A stretch of DNA of 64,000 nucleotides from Obrimoposthia wandeli (Eukaryota), in contig CDROCS010003621.1 of the NCBI GenBank assembly GCA_977020255.1, forward strand, positions 434,001 to 498,000, written 5' to 3'. The notes under the pieces were generated by a model. The model searched no databases and was not told where the DNA came from. It was given only the letters and a program-made list of their open reading frames with translations. The position numbers and the translations under genes were made by a program. Positions 1-12,311 of this stretch are shown here, piece by piece; positions within the stretch are counted from its first letter, which is position 1, and the number at the start of each line of letters is the position of its first letter.

Positions 1-1078
1 GGCGTGAGCTCACCGAACAATTGAAGTTTCCTAATCCACCAATGACCTTCTCCGAAGCAGTTCAGGGGTTTAATGAAGGGACCCTAGCCACTAACATGAA
101 AGATACGGGACTTTGGACGCGGCTGTTCCACGCGGCCAAGAAATTCCAGAATGAGCTAAATATCAAACTAGAACTGATTGAGAAGGACCAAGCACTCAAT
201 CTTTTCATAACCAGCGACCATGGAGGCAGTTTTCTCATGCAGTTCAAGACCTACAAGGCCACAAGTAAGGCGATGCATAACATTGTGCAACTCAGCCAGA
301 GTCACAAGGTTCTCGAAGACAAGCTAGCGAGTCCAATATATAAGAACGCCACATCAGACACAGACATTAACCGGGCCATCATGAAGGGCCGTCTGACGTA
401 CCGAGGGTGGTTCTTCATCCACCGCGCAAGGTGCGGGCGAATGAAGGTACGAGGCCCCAGGACTGATATGATCGCCCCATGCAGGAAGGGATGCTAGGAG
501 CGAGAGTCGATGAGCCATGCAATCGTTGGTTGTAAGCTCATAGCAAAACTACGAATTCAAAGACACGACATGATCTGCCGGGAAACTGCAAGGGTCATGG
601 AACTAAAATATCCAGGACAGGTAACTCAAGAGCTGACCCACTTATGTGTAGACGATAACGGAAACAGCTGCAGACCACGACCAGACATAACGATCGAGAC
701 TGACTATAAGGTGATGCTGATAGAGATCAAGATCCCGTTTGACTCTGACATGTCATTTGATCTGAGGCTCACCGAAACTATGTCCAAATACGCGGAGCTC
801 GTTGAAATGCTAAAGACCCGCCACCCAGAAAACTCGTGCAACTCTACGCGCTAAGGATCGGGACCCTCGGCTTCTGGCCTGAAATCAATAACCGGATCTT
901 TGCAAATGCTGGTTTTAAAGCAAAGGAGATCAAGGATATCAAGATCCGACTAACCCTGAAAACCATCGAACATACAGCGGCCTCGTGGGCTAAATTCTCG
1001 AGTCATACAACTGGGATCCTGGATAAGTTGTCAGCCGAGGAGCTGGAGAAGATTGAGACCTGGACCTACGTAAAATAA
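1..1078 (+). mobile_element. 3' part of an REL-endonuclease (R2/NeSL-like) non-LTR retrotransposon ORF, disrupted
   Basis: ORFs 21-497, 510-854 and 836-1078 join through one in-frame TAG and one frameshift. They give FFIHRAR, the CCHC knuckle CRKGC.ERESMSHAIVGC, RHD, RPDI...LIEIKIPFD (PD-(D/E)xK), KY and GTLGFW motifs, ending IETWTYVK*. Confidence 0.88.
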
Positions 1079-1275
1079 AAAAAACAAAAAAAAAACAACA
1101 ACAACAAGCAAACAACAACCAACAACCAACAACCAACAAAAAAACAACCAACAACCAACAACCACCAAACACCAAACACCAACCAACAACCACCAAACAC
1201 CAACCACCAACCACCAAACACCAACCAACAACCACCAAACACCAAACACCAATCAACAACCAACAACCAACAAAC
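1076..1275. repeat. Low-complexity tract of almost only A and C (AAC/CAAC/CACCAA)
   Basis: About 200 nt nearly devoid of G and T, directly after the retrotransposon stop codon. Confidence 0.9.
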
Positions 1276-1279
1276 AACA

Positions 1280-1960
1280 GCAGATTCGTGTGCCGAAAAT
1301 GAGCCTTTTGATCCAACAAAAAAAAAAAAAATTGTTTATTAATATCTGAATAAAAATAATAAGATCTGAAAACTTCGACATGGTCAGGAAGAGAAATAAT
1401 GAAGCGCAGGTAAACAACGGGAGTAATTATAACCTCCTGCAGGGTGCCCAAGACGATATTTTTGGGTTACTGCGAAACTATGATGTCAACGAGGAGTGCG
1501 CAAAGATACTGTCTGGTATTATCGACAAATTTGTAATGGCAAAGAACAACATTAGTCTAGAGGAAGCAGCAGACTCGTATGCCGAAAAGAGACCTTTTAT
1601 CAACAATCGAACAGATTTGTTGGGAGACTTGAATAGTGGTGGTCAGAGTTCGAAACTTCGACATGGACAGGAGGAGAAATCGTACCCGAAAAGGTGGCCC
1701 CGCTACAATCGAGACTGCCGAGGGGCCCAAAACTGTACCCGGCTATGACGTAAGAGTACTGAAAAAGTACGCGGACCTACTCAAAGTTCCAATGACGAAA
1801 CCGAGACCCCAAGCAGTTACTGTTACTGCTACTGAGGACCAGCAGCATATTGAGACATGGACCTACGTAAAGTAGAAGAGGCCCCTATGGGGCCTTTGAG
1901 AAATTGATTGCGTTCACATTAATAAATGTTTGATAAATGTTTGATAAATAAATAAATAAT
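1280..1960 (+). mobile_element. Second, internally deleted copy or relative of the REL element with 3' UTR
   Basis: ORF 1636-1875 ends in the same IETWTYVK* (attgagacatggacctacgtaaa vs attgagacctggacctacgtaaa). It is followed by a hairpin, AATAAA and a (TAAA)n tail. Confidence 0.55.
1879..1895 (+). other. Perfect 7-bp GC hairpin in putative retrotransposon 3' UTR
   Basis: aggcccc-tat-ggggcct, 4 nt after the stop codon. Confidence 0.7.
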
Positions 1961-3409
1961 TTAAGGTCAAGGTTATTTGAAGGTCATTATGTACTATAGT
2001 ACGTCTATTTTCAGCTAATTTTTGTTTAAATGCATCAATTTTGATTAGCGCATATTCAAATTTCGGCTAATTTAGGGTGATTTCAGTCGATTTCTGAAGG
2101 TCATTCTCAATTAAGGTTATAATTTTTAAAAATTACATAGGTCTTTAAAGTCAAGGTCATGACCTATTATTTAAAACAGTTATTTGGTTTTAATGCATGA
2201 ATTTTGATGCGCGCAAAATCAAAGTTCAAAACTTAAGCGCAAAAACATATTTTCTGAGAAATATTTTGTAAAACATATTTAAAGAAATTTCAACTACTTT
2301 TATTTGAGAGTAGAAAAAGTTTTATAAATTGTTAAACTGATTTTTTTTTTCTAAAACCTATTTTGTGTAATTGTATCTACTTTTATTTGTGAGTAGAAAA
2401 TGTTTTTTGTAATCTTAAGGTATTTATTACACATAAGTTGCAAAAGTACATTTTTTATTTTTTTTTAGCCTATGAGTTAATTAAAACCAATATTGAGAGA
2501 TAAAGAGAGATAGTAAAGAATAAAACAAATATTTAAAAAAAATTAAATATACCTTTCTTATCCTACATTCTCATCATGATCCATCATAAGATCTTCGTCA
2601 TCTCTTCACAATATCATCATCTTCATTATCATAATCCTTCATCTCATTAATGCAATCCCTCATCCTCATGTTGTCTTCATCATAATCCAGCATCTAATAT
2701 TCATCACATCAATGCAATCCTTCATTGCAATCATTCATACTCATCTTATATTCATCATCATCCTCATATAAAAATACTTATTACAAACTTTCCTGGAATC
2801 TGAAATCACATCATTATTAAAATAAATTACTCATCATATTAAATTTTCAAATTTTATTTTGATTATTTTAAAAATTAATTATTTAAAACAAAATTAATTA
2901 TTTTTAAATTAAAATTAATTATATATTTAAACGGGATCTTTTTATTAGTTACCTCAATTACTAATATAAATAATATAATTGGAAATATTTATTAAATTAT
3001 TAATTATAATAGTCAATACATTTTAAAATATACAGAGAAATATACTGTGTATATTGGAATAATTTATCTTTTATCTATATCTATTAGTATTTTAAAACGA
3101 ACTATAGGAATAATAAATTCCATTAAAGGTTTTTAAAAATGAAATTCAAAATAAAAGACAAATAGCGCAAAACAATTAAATTCCTTAAAATCACAATTAT
3201 GAAGGAATCAAGCAAAACTATAAAAATTCTTACATTCACAAACATACAAGTAATATTTCAAACATTCCTACATTCAAAGACATAAAATTGATATTTCATA
3301 CATTCTTACATTGACAAGCATTCGCTTAACATACAAGTAATATCTCAAACATTCTTACATTCACAGGCATTCACGATTATTGATAAATAGTCATCTAAAA
3401 GAGGTCCGT

Positions 3410-4030
3410 ATAAATACAATGACCATAAGCCACACTCTGATTCTTCCCAATTCAGTTCCGCTTATTATCAATATTACTGAGCGCGTTTTTGGAGGATATT
3501 ATTGTAAACAGCTGATGATTTATTGATTGAATACTCTGCTGCTGCACACGTTAGCTTACCCCCGTCTCATATACTTAGCGATAATTCACGTGTTTTATGC
3601 AAATCTGATTCAAGCTCACCCCTTTTGCTCTCATGGATTCGGAGTCATTTGTATCAATCATGCTATATGACTTAGGACATAGAAATATGCATTCCTTAAA
3701 TACTCCCACACTCTCATCCTTAAATTTCCCTATAGCAGTGTTCGCCAAGGTGTAAAGGGGAAGTTGTTGCGGAAACTTTGAAGTATCAAGGAGAAGTTCT
3801 TCTAACATAGCCGGTAATAACTCGTTGGGAACATCAACATTTCTACATTTTAAGAAGAAAATATCGGTATCCCCAGCAAGTATTCGGATATCGCAATCAA
3901 ATTGTCTTCTATACTTTTCTAACTCTACATATTGCAACTTATACATGCGTAACTTACTGAGGTCTAAAACAGCCTGCCTATATAGCTAGGCCGATTCAAG
4001 AAGATGACTTCTTTATTTAACAATACAGCT
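3410..4030 (-). pseudogene. Polinton pPolB C-terminal relic
   Basis: LNRPSYIG..VLDLSKLRMYKLQYVELEKYR...AGDTD...IGKFKDES...CPKSYS...MRAKGV...AYGH; colinear with the pPolB C-terminus at 34600-35218. Confidence 0.9.
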
Positions 4031-4047
4031 ATTAAATCATCATCTAT

Positions 4048-4251
4048 TTACATCGATTTTCTAAATTGAGCTTTGATGTTCTTAAACTTTTTACTGGTTA
4101 AACCTGCTTCTCCATCTCTTTCTGATGCAATATATCTTATCAAACTAAATATAAAGTATTTATTATTTTGGAGTAACTTACAAATAAAATGAGTTTTCCC
4201 GCTACCACTAAGCCCTAATATTTGAAAAACTGAATTATTTCTAAAGTCCAT
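4048..4251 (-). pseudogene. Polinton A32-like packaging ATPase N-terminal relic
   Basis: NNSVFQILGLSGSGKTHFICKLLQ Walker A, near-identical to NNAVFQIVGPSGSGKTHFVCKLLQ at 39920-40003. Confidence 0.85.
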
Positions 4252-5269
4252 ATTAAAAATATTAGAGTGTTGGAATAATGTTTATAGGACAAAAACAGTT
4301 ACTTAAAATATTTTATTAAACACACATTAAACACTATAAACAATAAAAAATTGTCTCCCAGGATATGCTCTTCTTCTGCTAAACGTTCCCTTGTTTCCTT
4401 TGACTGTGGCCCAGGATGAGACGTCCAACAGCCTTGTTATGAATTACTCTTCTTACATACTCGTTGAGAGTAGATCCGTTGCTTCGATGAGTCTCAAAGC
4501 ATCTTTTTCTATAAGATTTTTGGAGATGAAAGTATCCACTGATTTGTCAACATCTTGTTTGAAATAATTGTGAGTAGACATAATAATGAAGTAAGAATAA
4601 AAAATTGATATGTTTATATAATAAACAGCTAAAATTTGATTGGATACTGATTAACCAAGACAATGAGTCACAAAGAAACTAACTAACAAAGACTTTGACT
4701 CATAAATAAAAAAATAAATATTACACATCTTTAAGATAATGACTAAAAATAGGCATTTGATTAAACATAGTTTCCCTAGGAGCAGCAATATTACGTTTAG
4801 TTTTAACAAAATTGGAAGCAACAGAATCGCCTATTAAAAGAGATACAATGCAATAACAATGCAAACAACATGTAAATTACCATAATGACCACATATTAAA
4901 ACCTTGCCACCATTTTTGATAGTTTCTTTAATTATATTATTAGTATGTTTATAATATTTCATTATTATTTCTTCTTATTTTGAGTTTACAAAGATAAAAG
5001 TAAACTTCAATTTTTTTATAAAACATTTTATCAGTAGGTGGATGTTTCCAGTTTAATCCACTTCCCCCTAGGAGGCAAGAGGGTACCTCTGTCTTTAAGT
5101 AAACAGGAATCCATATTGACCCCATCACTATTAACTTGTCGTAGATTAGATTTTAGATGATAATTTTGTATGAATAAATGACTTGTTAGAAAGATAAAAA
5201 TATGTGGTTCAGATTCATATATTTTTAAGCAACAATTAATTTCAATATATTTAACAAAAAATCAAATAT

Positions 5270-5420
5270 AAAACAATATATTAGCTTCACTCAAAGTCCA
5301 AAGAGGTTGTACTTTTTCATCGGTATCAGTATGTTCAGTATCTTCATCTAAATTTGGAGCAATCAAATAACCTAGGTCATCAATAAAAGACAGACTGGGA
5401 TCATTTTAAATCTTAAAAAA
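5270..5420 (-). pseudogene. Relic of the Polinton right-end ORF (homolog of 41660-42064)
   Basis: Reverse complement reads DPSLSFIDDLGYLIAPNLDE...VQPLWTLSEAN vs DPSLDFKDDLGYLIAPILDE...MQPLWTLSEAN. Confidence 0.85.
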
Positions 5421-5489
5421 ATTTCCTTCACTCTACTTTATGTTCAACTAAAAGTAACAAATCGAGATAGTACTAATTTAGCAAAAAAT

Positions 5490-5929
5490 ACAGATGTAGC
5501 ACCTGTTAATTACTTCTTTAATTATTTATTTTATTATGCCATTGCTACTCTTAATAATGTTAAAATTGAAGGTGGAAATTCTTTATATGCTCATAAAGCT
5601 TTGATTGGAAGTATATTAAAGTATAGTACAGATTTCGAAGGTAACGCTTAAACCCTAGCTTATACCCAATATATTATTCGAAATTAGGTAAAACTAAATA
5701 AAAATAAAAACAATGGTATTTCTGTCATTAGGTTTAAAATCAGATGTCCGTTCTTCATATTTTTTTGCAAACATACTTTGATATAAACAAATGTCAACTA
5801 CCAGAAGATGGAAATTTACGAATAGAAATTAAATATAATGCAGCTTTAACAAATACTAATACAGTGATTATTTATGGAGTATTTGATTGGGAAATACAAA
5901 TCAACAAAAACAAAACATTCATATTGTAG
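5490..5929 (+). pseudogene. Polinton major capsid protein fragments (middle piece and C-terminus)
   Basis: AIATLNNVKIEGGNSLYAHKALIG matches the MCP near 36000. GNLRIEIKYNAALTNTNTVIIYGVFDWEIQINKNK is a typical Polinton MCP C-terminus. Confidence 0.85.
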
Positions 5930-5967
5930 AATGAAGTTAAAAAATTAAAATAATACATATTAATATA

Positions 5968-6153
5968 AATAACAGGTCTGTGATGCCCTTAGATGTCCGG
6001 GGTCGCACGTGCGCTACGATTGCTGTATCAGCGAGTATTCGATCCTAGCTAGAAATGGCCGAGTAACCTGCTAAAAACTACCGTATCAGGAATTTGAGAT
6101 TGCAATTTTTCCACATGAACGAGGAATCCCTAGAAGTGGCAAGTCATTAGCTT
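5968..6153 (+). pseudogene. Degenerate 18S rRNA fragment (3' half)
   Basis: aataacaggtctgtgatgcccttagatgtccgggg...gattgcaattttt...catgaacgaggaat.cctag.ag are universal 18S segments; only about 185 nt, with substitutions. Confidence 0.9.
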
Positions 6154-7599
6154 TTAGCTCTCAGCCTCTCTTCAATTACCAGTACTGGTTCCTGCATTAA
6201 AAAAAATCTAACATTTTAAAAATATATAAAAATTGTATGTATGTGGCTCTTCGGGTCACCGCGGGGCTTCATATGTCCCTCTCCGGCATTTGAGTAATCT
6301 GTGAGTACACATGAGATTTTCAGTTTTAAGAGGTCTTAAATGGGGTTAATTAGTATTTTATGGTGGTGGGTGGGATTTGAAAACACTTTTATACATTACT
6401 TTATATAATTTAAAAAGTACTATATAGGGATTTAGTGGTAGTGGTATGGTACAGTCGGTACACTTGCGGACAAATCGGGGAATTTCAGAAACTAAATGGT
6501 AAGACAAGAATCATGGGGACCCGCTTAAAATCGCTCTTGATGAAATTCAAGTTTCCTATGCGCCTTATCTTCGAATTTCAGTTCACCACTTTGACCACTG
6601 TACCATCCACCGCCAGAAAACTGCTCTTGTGCAGTTGAAAGGTATATATAGGTCTCAGGACATGTATATATTTTTATACACCCACATGAACGAAATTTCA
6701 CTCCACACACATTCACGGTTTAAATGACAGTGGTAACCCCCAGGGGAATGGATTAGACCGGACACATCCACCTACTGACCTTTATTATGATCCTATGTTT
6801 CTTAATTTTTTTCTTTTTGATGTTAAAAATTTCTGTATTTTTTTATTATTTCCCATCACAATATATATTTGGCCAACCTATAAATATTAGTCATTAATAA
6901 ATTTAATTTAATTTGTTTGTCCATTTCTAGACCTTAACAAAACCAATGTTTGGTCACAGGAGGCCTATGTAGAACGTTGGAAATGGATTATAGAGTAAAC
7001 GTTTGGGTTTGATCAGGTGAAAAAATGAAAGAAGATAATACTAATTGTCATGTTCTTTCAAAACAGAAAAGTATTTTCATATTATGGTATCATATTATAC
7101 TATAATATCATTTTCATATTATAGTCACGTGATTTTATTGATTCACATGACCTCCAATGAACTTCAAAAGAGAAGATTTTTAAATCTTTTAGTTTATTTT
7201 AGAAAAAAGGACTGTATACTCCAGATAAACAGTTAAGATAAGTACAGATAAATATTTTAGGACAATTACAAAACTTTGAGAGATGACACAGTCAACTTAC
7301 TGACATGTCTAAACTGGATCAATGCATTTTGGTAGGGTAACTTTAATGTCAATGATACTGAAAGATCTGGAGTGTGCTCCATTATGATGTTGGTAGTGAA
7401 ATTTAAGACTTTAAGCGAAAATAGGCACGCCACAAGTAGGTAATTGTCAGCAGAGCTACATGTCAATCACAACACTGTATAAAGGCATAAAACAATCGAT
7501 TGTGAAGAGTTGTTAAAAGAGCTGAACAGCAATCCTATTTTGAGTCAGTTAATTTCTGTTTATTACTTTTCATGAAGAGGTTATCAGAAAGCATGAAGA

Positions 7600-8060
7600 G
7601 GATCTGGAGATGAACCAGAAAGGGTTCTCAAGCGAATAAGAATGATAAAAAGAAAACATTATGGGACGCAAAAGCTGTAGTTCTCTCAGAAACTCTTCCG
7701 GCTAACAAAAGTATTACTGTTGAATATCATCGTCAATTATTTGATCTTCTCAAGAAAATAAGAAGAACTACTAACAGTGGTTATTAAAATTTCACTTTCT
7801 TCAAGACAACGCCAGGCCACATACAACAGCTGTTACATAAGTAAATATATCTGACTTGAGATTTGCACAGCTTCCTCATCATCTGTATTCTCCTGACTTG
7901 TCCATAAGCGACCTTTATCGGTTAAAACCCTTGAAAAATGCTTTAATAGTCAAAGTCCTCAACAATGTGAATGAATGCACTTAGACGACGAAGATTTGGG
8001 TGGATGCTAAATGAGCTGTGTTTTTGCAAAGGACACGTCTTCCTAACAGATGGGAAAATG
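7600..8060 (+). pseudogene. Degenerate mariner transposase fragment
   Basis: WDAKAVV, LLQDNARPHT and PHHLYSPDL..SD remnants with stops and frameshifts. Confidence 0.75.
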
Positions 8061-8329
8061 CATTGATTAATTAGGAAACTTATTTTCTTCTTTGAAAGAG
8101 CATGATAATGAATAATTTTCTTTAAGTATATGTTTATGATGTTTATATTTTTTAAGGCAAAACCTTATGAGTCAAAACTTTACCAAATGTTAACGGCAAT
8201 GGTATTAAATTGATATGAAATTAAATATGGATTTGTGGGCGACATAACCTTTATATTATATAAATTCTGTAAGATAAATTGAATCATAGGAAATTACTGA
8301 TACTCAATATCATTTGAATTAGGATATTC

Positions 8330-8640
8330 CACAGTTGATTGGTTATTTATAGACGATAATGCACGTCCACATAGGAGTAATATAACAAAATATTAAAAAC
8401 GTCAAATGGAACTATATACAAAACTCTGGCCTCAAAGTTCTCTCTGTCTGAACTCAATTGAAAACATTTGATTTTTTAAAAAAATCAAATATGAAGAAAA
8501 ATCAAATCTAATGCAATTTGGAAAGTTTAAGAAAGTATGTAATATAAAGTTGGGCACAAGTATCGCAAGTAATTATCGACAGCATGACAAATAGAGTGAA
8601 AACAATTATAGGGAATGAGGGAAATTATTGAACATTAGAA
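8330..8640 (+). pseudogene. Degenerate Tc1-like transposase fragment
   Basis: FIDDNARPHR ... WP..S..LNSIENI remnants. Confidence 0.65.
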
Positions 8641-10259
8641 GTATCATCAGATGCCAGATATCCCGGACAGTCTCGCATGAAACTTGTTTGTAGCACAGCA
8701 ATGTAATCCAATTTGAATTTTTGTGATTTTTAATGATTTTAAATACATCGCAATAATTTTATTTATTACAAAAACAATAGGCATATTTGGGTAACAAAAC
8801 ATTAAAAAGGCAAATAATGTAAGAATTAATACCAAAAAAAATCAATACTATGCAAATAATATTATCATATTGAAAATATAACTTTTAAATAATTGCTTAC
8901 GTATTAATATATTTTATATGTATAAACTCAACGTAAAAACGGCCGGTAGAGTGTTCCGCATTATAATTTTAAAAATCTGGTAACCATGAGTGTCATGCAT
9001 ATATTTTTCTAAATATTTATTTGTTTTGAATTAATTAATGATCTACTCATTAGAATTTTTGATTGTATTTTTATGCTCATTGCTGAACATCAAATTACTA
9101 ATTAATTTTCGAAGTAAAAATTATAATTTTTTGCCGAAAATGGCGGAAATTTTCAAAAATTTTCTCTTTTTTTGGTAGAACTAAAAAATAAATTTTTCAA
9201 TAAATTTCCTAAATTACTCTAAATAATATTATTTTATGTGTATTTCATTTTGTTTTAAAACATTTATGCATTCTGAAAAGTATATTTGAAATGCAACAAC
9301 AAAAAATTATTGGATTACAATTTTACAACGAAATCTCGACTTGATAGCTACATTTATTGATTCTAAATATCATAAATATTCAATGCCAATTAAAAATTCA
9401 TTCATTTGAATAACAAGATTATTTTGCGAAAATTCTGTGTCAAATTCTTTGAAATAACATTTATATAGTTTTTGAAAGAGTTGTAAAATGTCAGAAATTT
9501 TTCTCACAAGGAAACGTACTTTAGGTGTCATAAAAATTAGGAGTTCACAATTTGTATAAAAATTATGAAATGAATTCTACATATAAAAGTAATTTCATTA
9601 TCTGCTAGTTTTCAGTATATAAAAAGTTATCGAAAGAAACATTTATGTGATAAATTTATAAATGTGTTTAAATATATTAAATTATAGAAACACTAACGTG
9701 ATTATATGAATAAATATCAAATAAAAATTAATTTAATGAAATATTAAATTGTTATTGTTTAAAATAAAACCTTACCAAATTCTTATTGGATTTTAAAATT
9801 CGCAACACTATTTTAACTAGTGCGCTTAAATTTTTGGATTTAAATTATTTCATTAAACCAACTCATAAAATTTATTTTATAAAAATTTAATACATATAAC
9901 TTTTTTATTATAAATAAATAGCAGCTAAAACTACATTTTTAATATTGCAATATATTATGTTTATCATTTACTAAAATTTCACTGAGTTCTTTTTATGACC
10001 GTGCGAAACGTTTCCTTGTCAGTATATAATTTATAAGAATTATTGCACTTTTCTAAAAAATAGTTTAATGAAGATATAATATTTACATTTAAAACCACTA
10101 TGTACGCAATCTATTGTTGATTTTAATACAATTTAACATTATACACAATATTTATATTTAAAAAATATTATCAAAACATCATTGTCAAATTATCCTGAAA
10201 GGTAAAGTCCATATTATGTTTGCGAATATACACAAAAAACAATTTTTATAGCAATTTCT

Positions 10260-10700
10260 CAAGATGGAATCCATTGAGTTCAATGTACAGACGAAGACGT
10301 TGTATGAAGGACTGGTAAGTTCGCTCGATAACTTTGAAGTTAATGCTTCACAATAAGTGAATGAGCTTTACTCTCAGTTCTTTTGATATCAATATTGTTA
10401 GATCTGGGCTTTTATCCGGGACCATGCAATTGAATCACACCATCCAATATAACAACCAGGTAGATGCATATTCATTTCATGGAGTCCCATCTATTTGACA
10501 AAATGTATTCCAAGTTCCCTTGTGAATTAGCACAGGTATGACATATATTAATAAGATATTATTGTACCATTCTTTGTTTACTGTTTCTTCAATTGGAGAG
10601 GCTATGGATGCGTAAGGATTTTCTGCGAAGGTAGCAATACGTTTCAGGTTTTTGTTTCATAGGAAATCCTCAATTCACTATGATATTCTACTGGTTTATG
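10260..10700 (-). pseudogene. Degenerate Tc1/mariner-superfamily transposase C-terminal fragment
   Basis: SPDLTILDI and LRLYIELNGFHLE remnants on the minus strand. Confidence 0.45.
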
Positions 10701-10917
10701 CAGAAGCAATGACAAAGATAATAAAAATGACGGTTTCTTGTAATCGTTAAATAGTATAGAGTGTCGCCCTAGTCCCATAAGAAGTTTAGCTAGCATCATA
10801 GTTTGTGTATGAGTAAATTATACCTGTGTTTAAAAATAAATTTAGTTTTTTTATAAATAGCGTGAATTAAAATCTGGAATTGATCACTCCTTTCAAGCGC
10901 CGAGAACTAACCAGTAA

Positions 10918-11260
10918 GACGCTAATCAAAGCCCTGATACAGTCAGATGGTTGTCATTGACACTGATTGAGTCCGGCTTAGTTTTTGCCGATTTCTGGTC
11001 TTGGTTTGGAAAAAAAATCAAATTTTGCCTAACTGGCTTATTCAATCAGTTCTACACAACACAACAATAATTTTAAGGACTGTCACCTTATCCTGAACAC
11101 ACTCTTCACACAGCACAAGAAACCTTCAGAGATTAGAAAAATATCTTCACATTAAAACAGGTAGGCCACATCATCTGTAAGCCCTATCGCTACAGAGCTC
11201 ACGTTGGGGGTCTCTACAGGAGGATTCTAAGTTTCAATAGAAAACACCAATACAATTGTA
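10918..11260 (-). repeat. Dispersed repeat copy 1 (LTR-like family), inverted relative to copies at 15240-15420 and 20020-21245
   Basis: Shared blocks ccccaacgtgag.tct, tggcctac, tctgaaggttt, aataagccagttaggc, ggactcaatcagtgtc and ttagcgtc. Confidence 0.75.
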
Positions 11261-11367
11261 TCTGTAAACAATAAAAAGAGGTAATGTGAAAATTTCATCG
11301 TTAGGTCATTTATAGATAAATGGGACCATTCACGTTTCACAAGCCCTTTGAAAATAGTCAAAATATT

Positions 11368-12311
11368 TTAATCTAAATTCACCCAAAATGTATAAAATTG
11401 GTTAATACAGAGATCGATACATATGTTAGGATTAGGTTTTAACTTGGTTCCTGCCAATGCTATTGATTCTCTTGACAAAACTATTCCAGGATAGTTTGTA
11501 GTACTAACAGTCATTCCGCATCGCGCTTTATTTCTCTTTTTAATAAATATCAATTCTTCTTCTGTTGATGTTGCCATTAACAGTGTAGGTGTCGGCGTCG
11601 TAGGAATTGGTCCTGTTGTGTTATGAAATCCTTCTCCACCTTTATTATACAGGAACCCTTTTATTTTATTAAATTTAATTTCTTTCAAAAATACTAATGA
11701 GCATTGTTTTGGATCCGCGTGATACACAATTGTGGATTCACCTGTATGACAAGATGTATCTGTCAATCTACATTCAGGATACTTCATCATTCGTTTTGTA
11801 TTTTTATCAAAATTGGCGGTCCATGTTTTTAATTCGATCTGGTAAGTTACGTCCATTACTAAGGCTGTTACTTTGGTACCACGCTCGTTTTTTGTTCCTC
11901 CGTCACAAGATCCATCAGCCCATCGTCGTCCTACTCTCGTGACTGTTTCGTATCGTCTCACACCAATTTTTACGTCGGGTGTGTAATTCTTATCTATTTC
12001 TATGTTTCCTGTTCAAAATGCGTCTTCGCAATCTCTCGGAAAGACCTTGTGTGGTTTGTGGTAGGTGTGATTTCCGACATAAAACTTCTATGACCACAGT
12101 AAAATTTGTGATAACTTGAATGAACTGAACATTCCTTCACTTGTACCTGTATTTTATCAACATCCTGATACACGAAATAGTTTTCAACACATTTAATTTC
12201 TAATTTTGATGGTTGTGATTCTGGACAGTCTTCGCTGTCAAGCAGTGAATACTTTTGTCCCATCTGTAGTACGCTACAGTCGTATGCTACTAACGCTGAT
12301 GCCTGTTGCAT
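11368..12311 (-). pseudogene. Env-like class III fusion glycoprotein (chuvirus/Jingchuvirales G-like), frameshifted and C-terminally truncated
   Basis: LVAYDC...YSLLDSEDC...VQVKEC...FYCGHRSFMSEI...YQIELKTWTANFD...CRLTDTSC...DPKQC cysteine pattern. Confidence 0.72.

Larger units (their letters stand above)
5033..6776 (+). mobile_element. Mini (non-autonomous) Polinton derivative with both termini
   Basis: Left end agtaggtggatgtttccagtttaatccac (5033) and right end ggattagaccggacacatccacctact (6776) match the termini of the 27120-42816 element. No matching TSD (tttatc vs gacctt). Confidence 0.7.

Noticed and set aside
990-1451. Hydrophobic minus-strand ORFs (VGCWLL/VFGGWW repeats) resembling membrane proteins
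   Set aside because: They are the antisense reading of the A/C-only tract.
1960-2830. Repeated aaggtca motifs and a D/E-rich antisense stretch as a separate viral terminus or gene
   Set aside because: No partner inverted repeat in the window and no sustained ORF.
5968-6153. Functional 18S rRNA gene
   Set aside because: Only about 185 nt, mutated, with no flanking rDNA.
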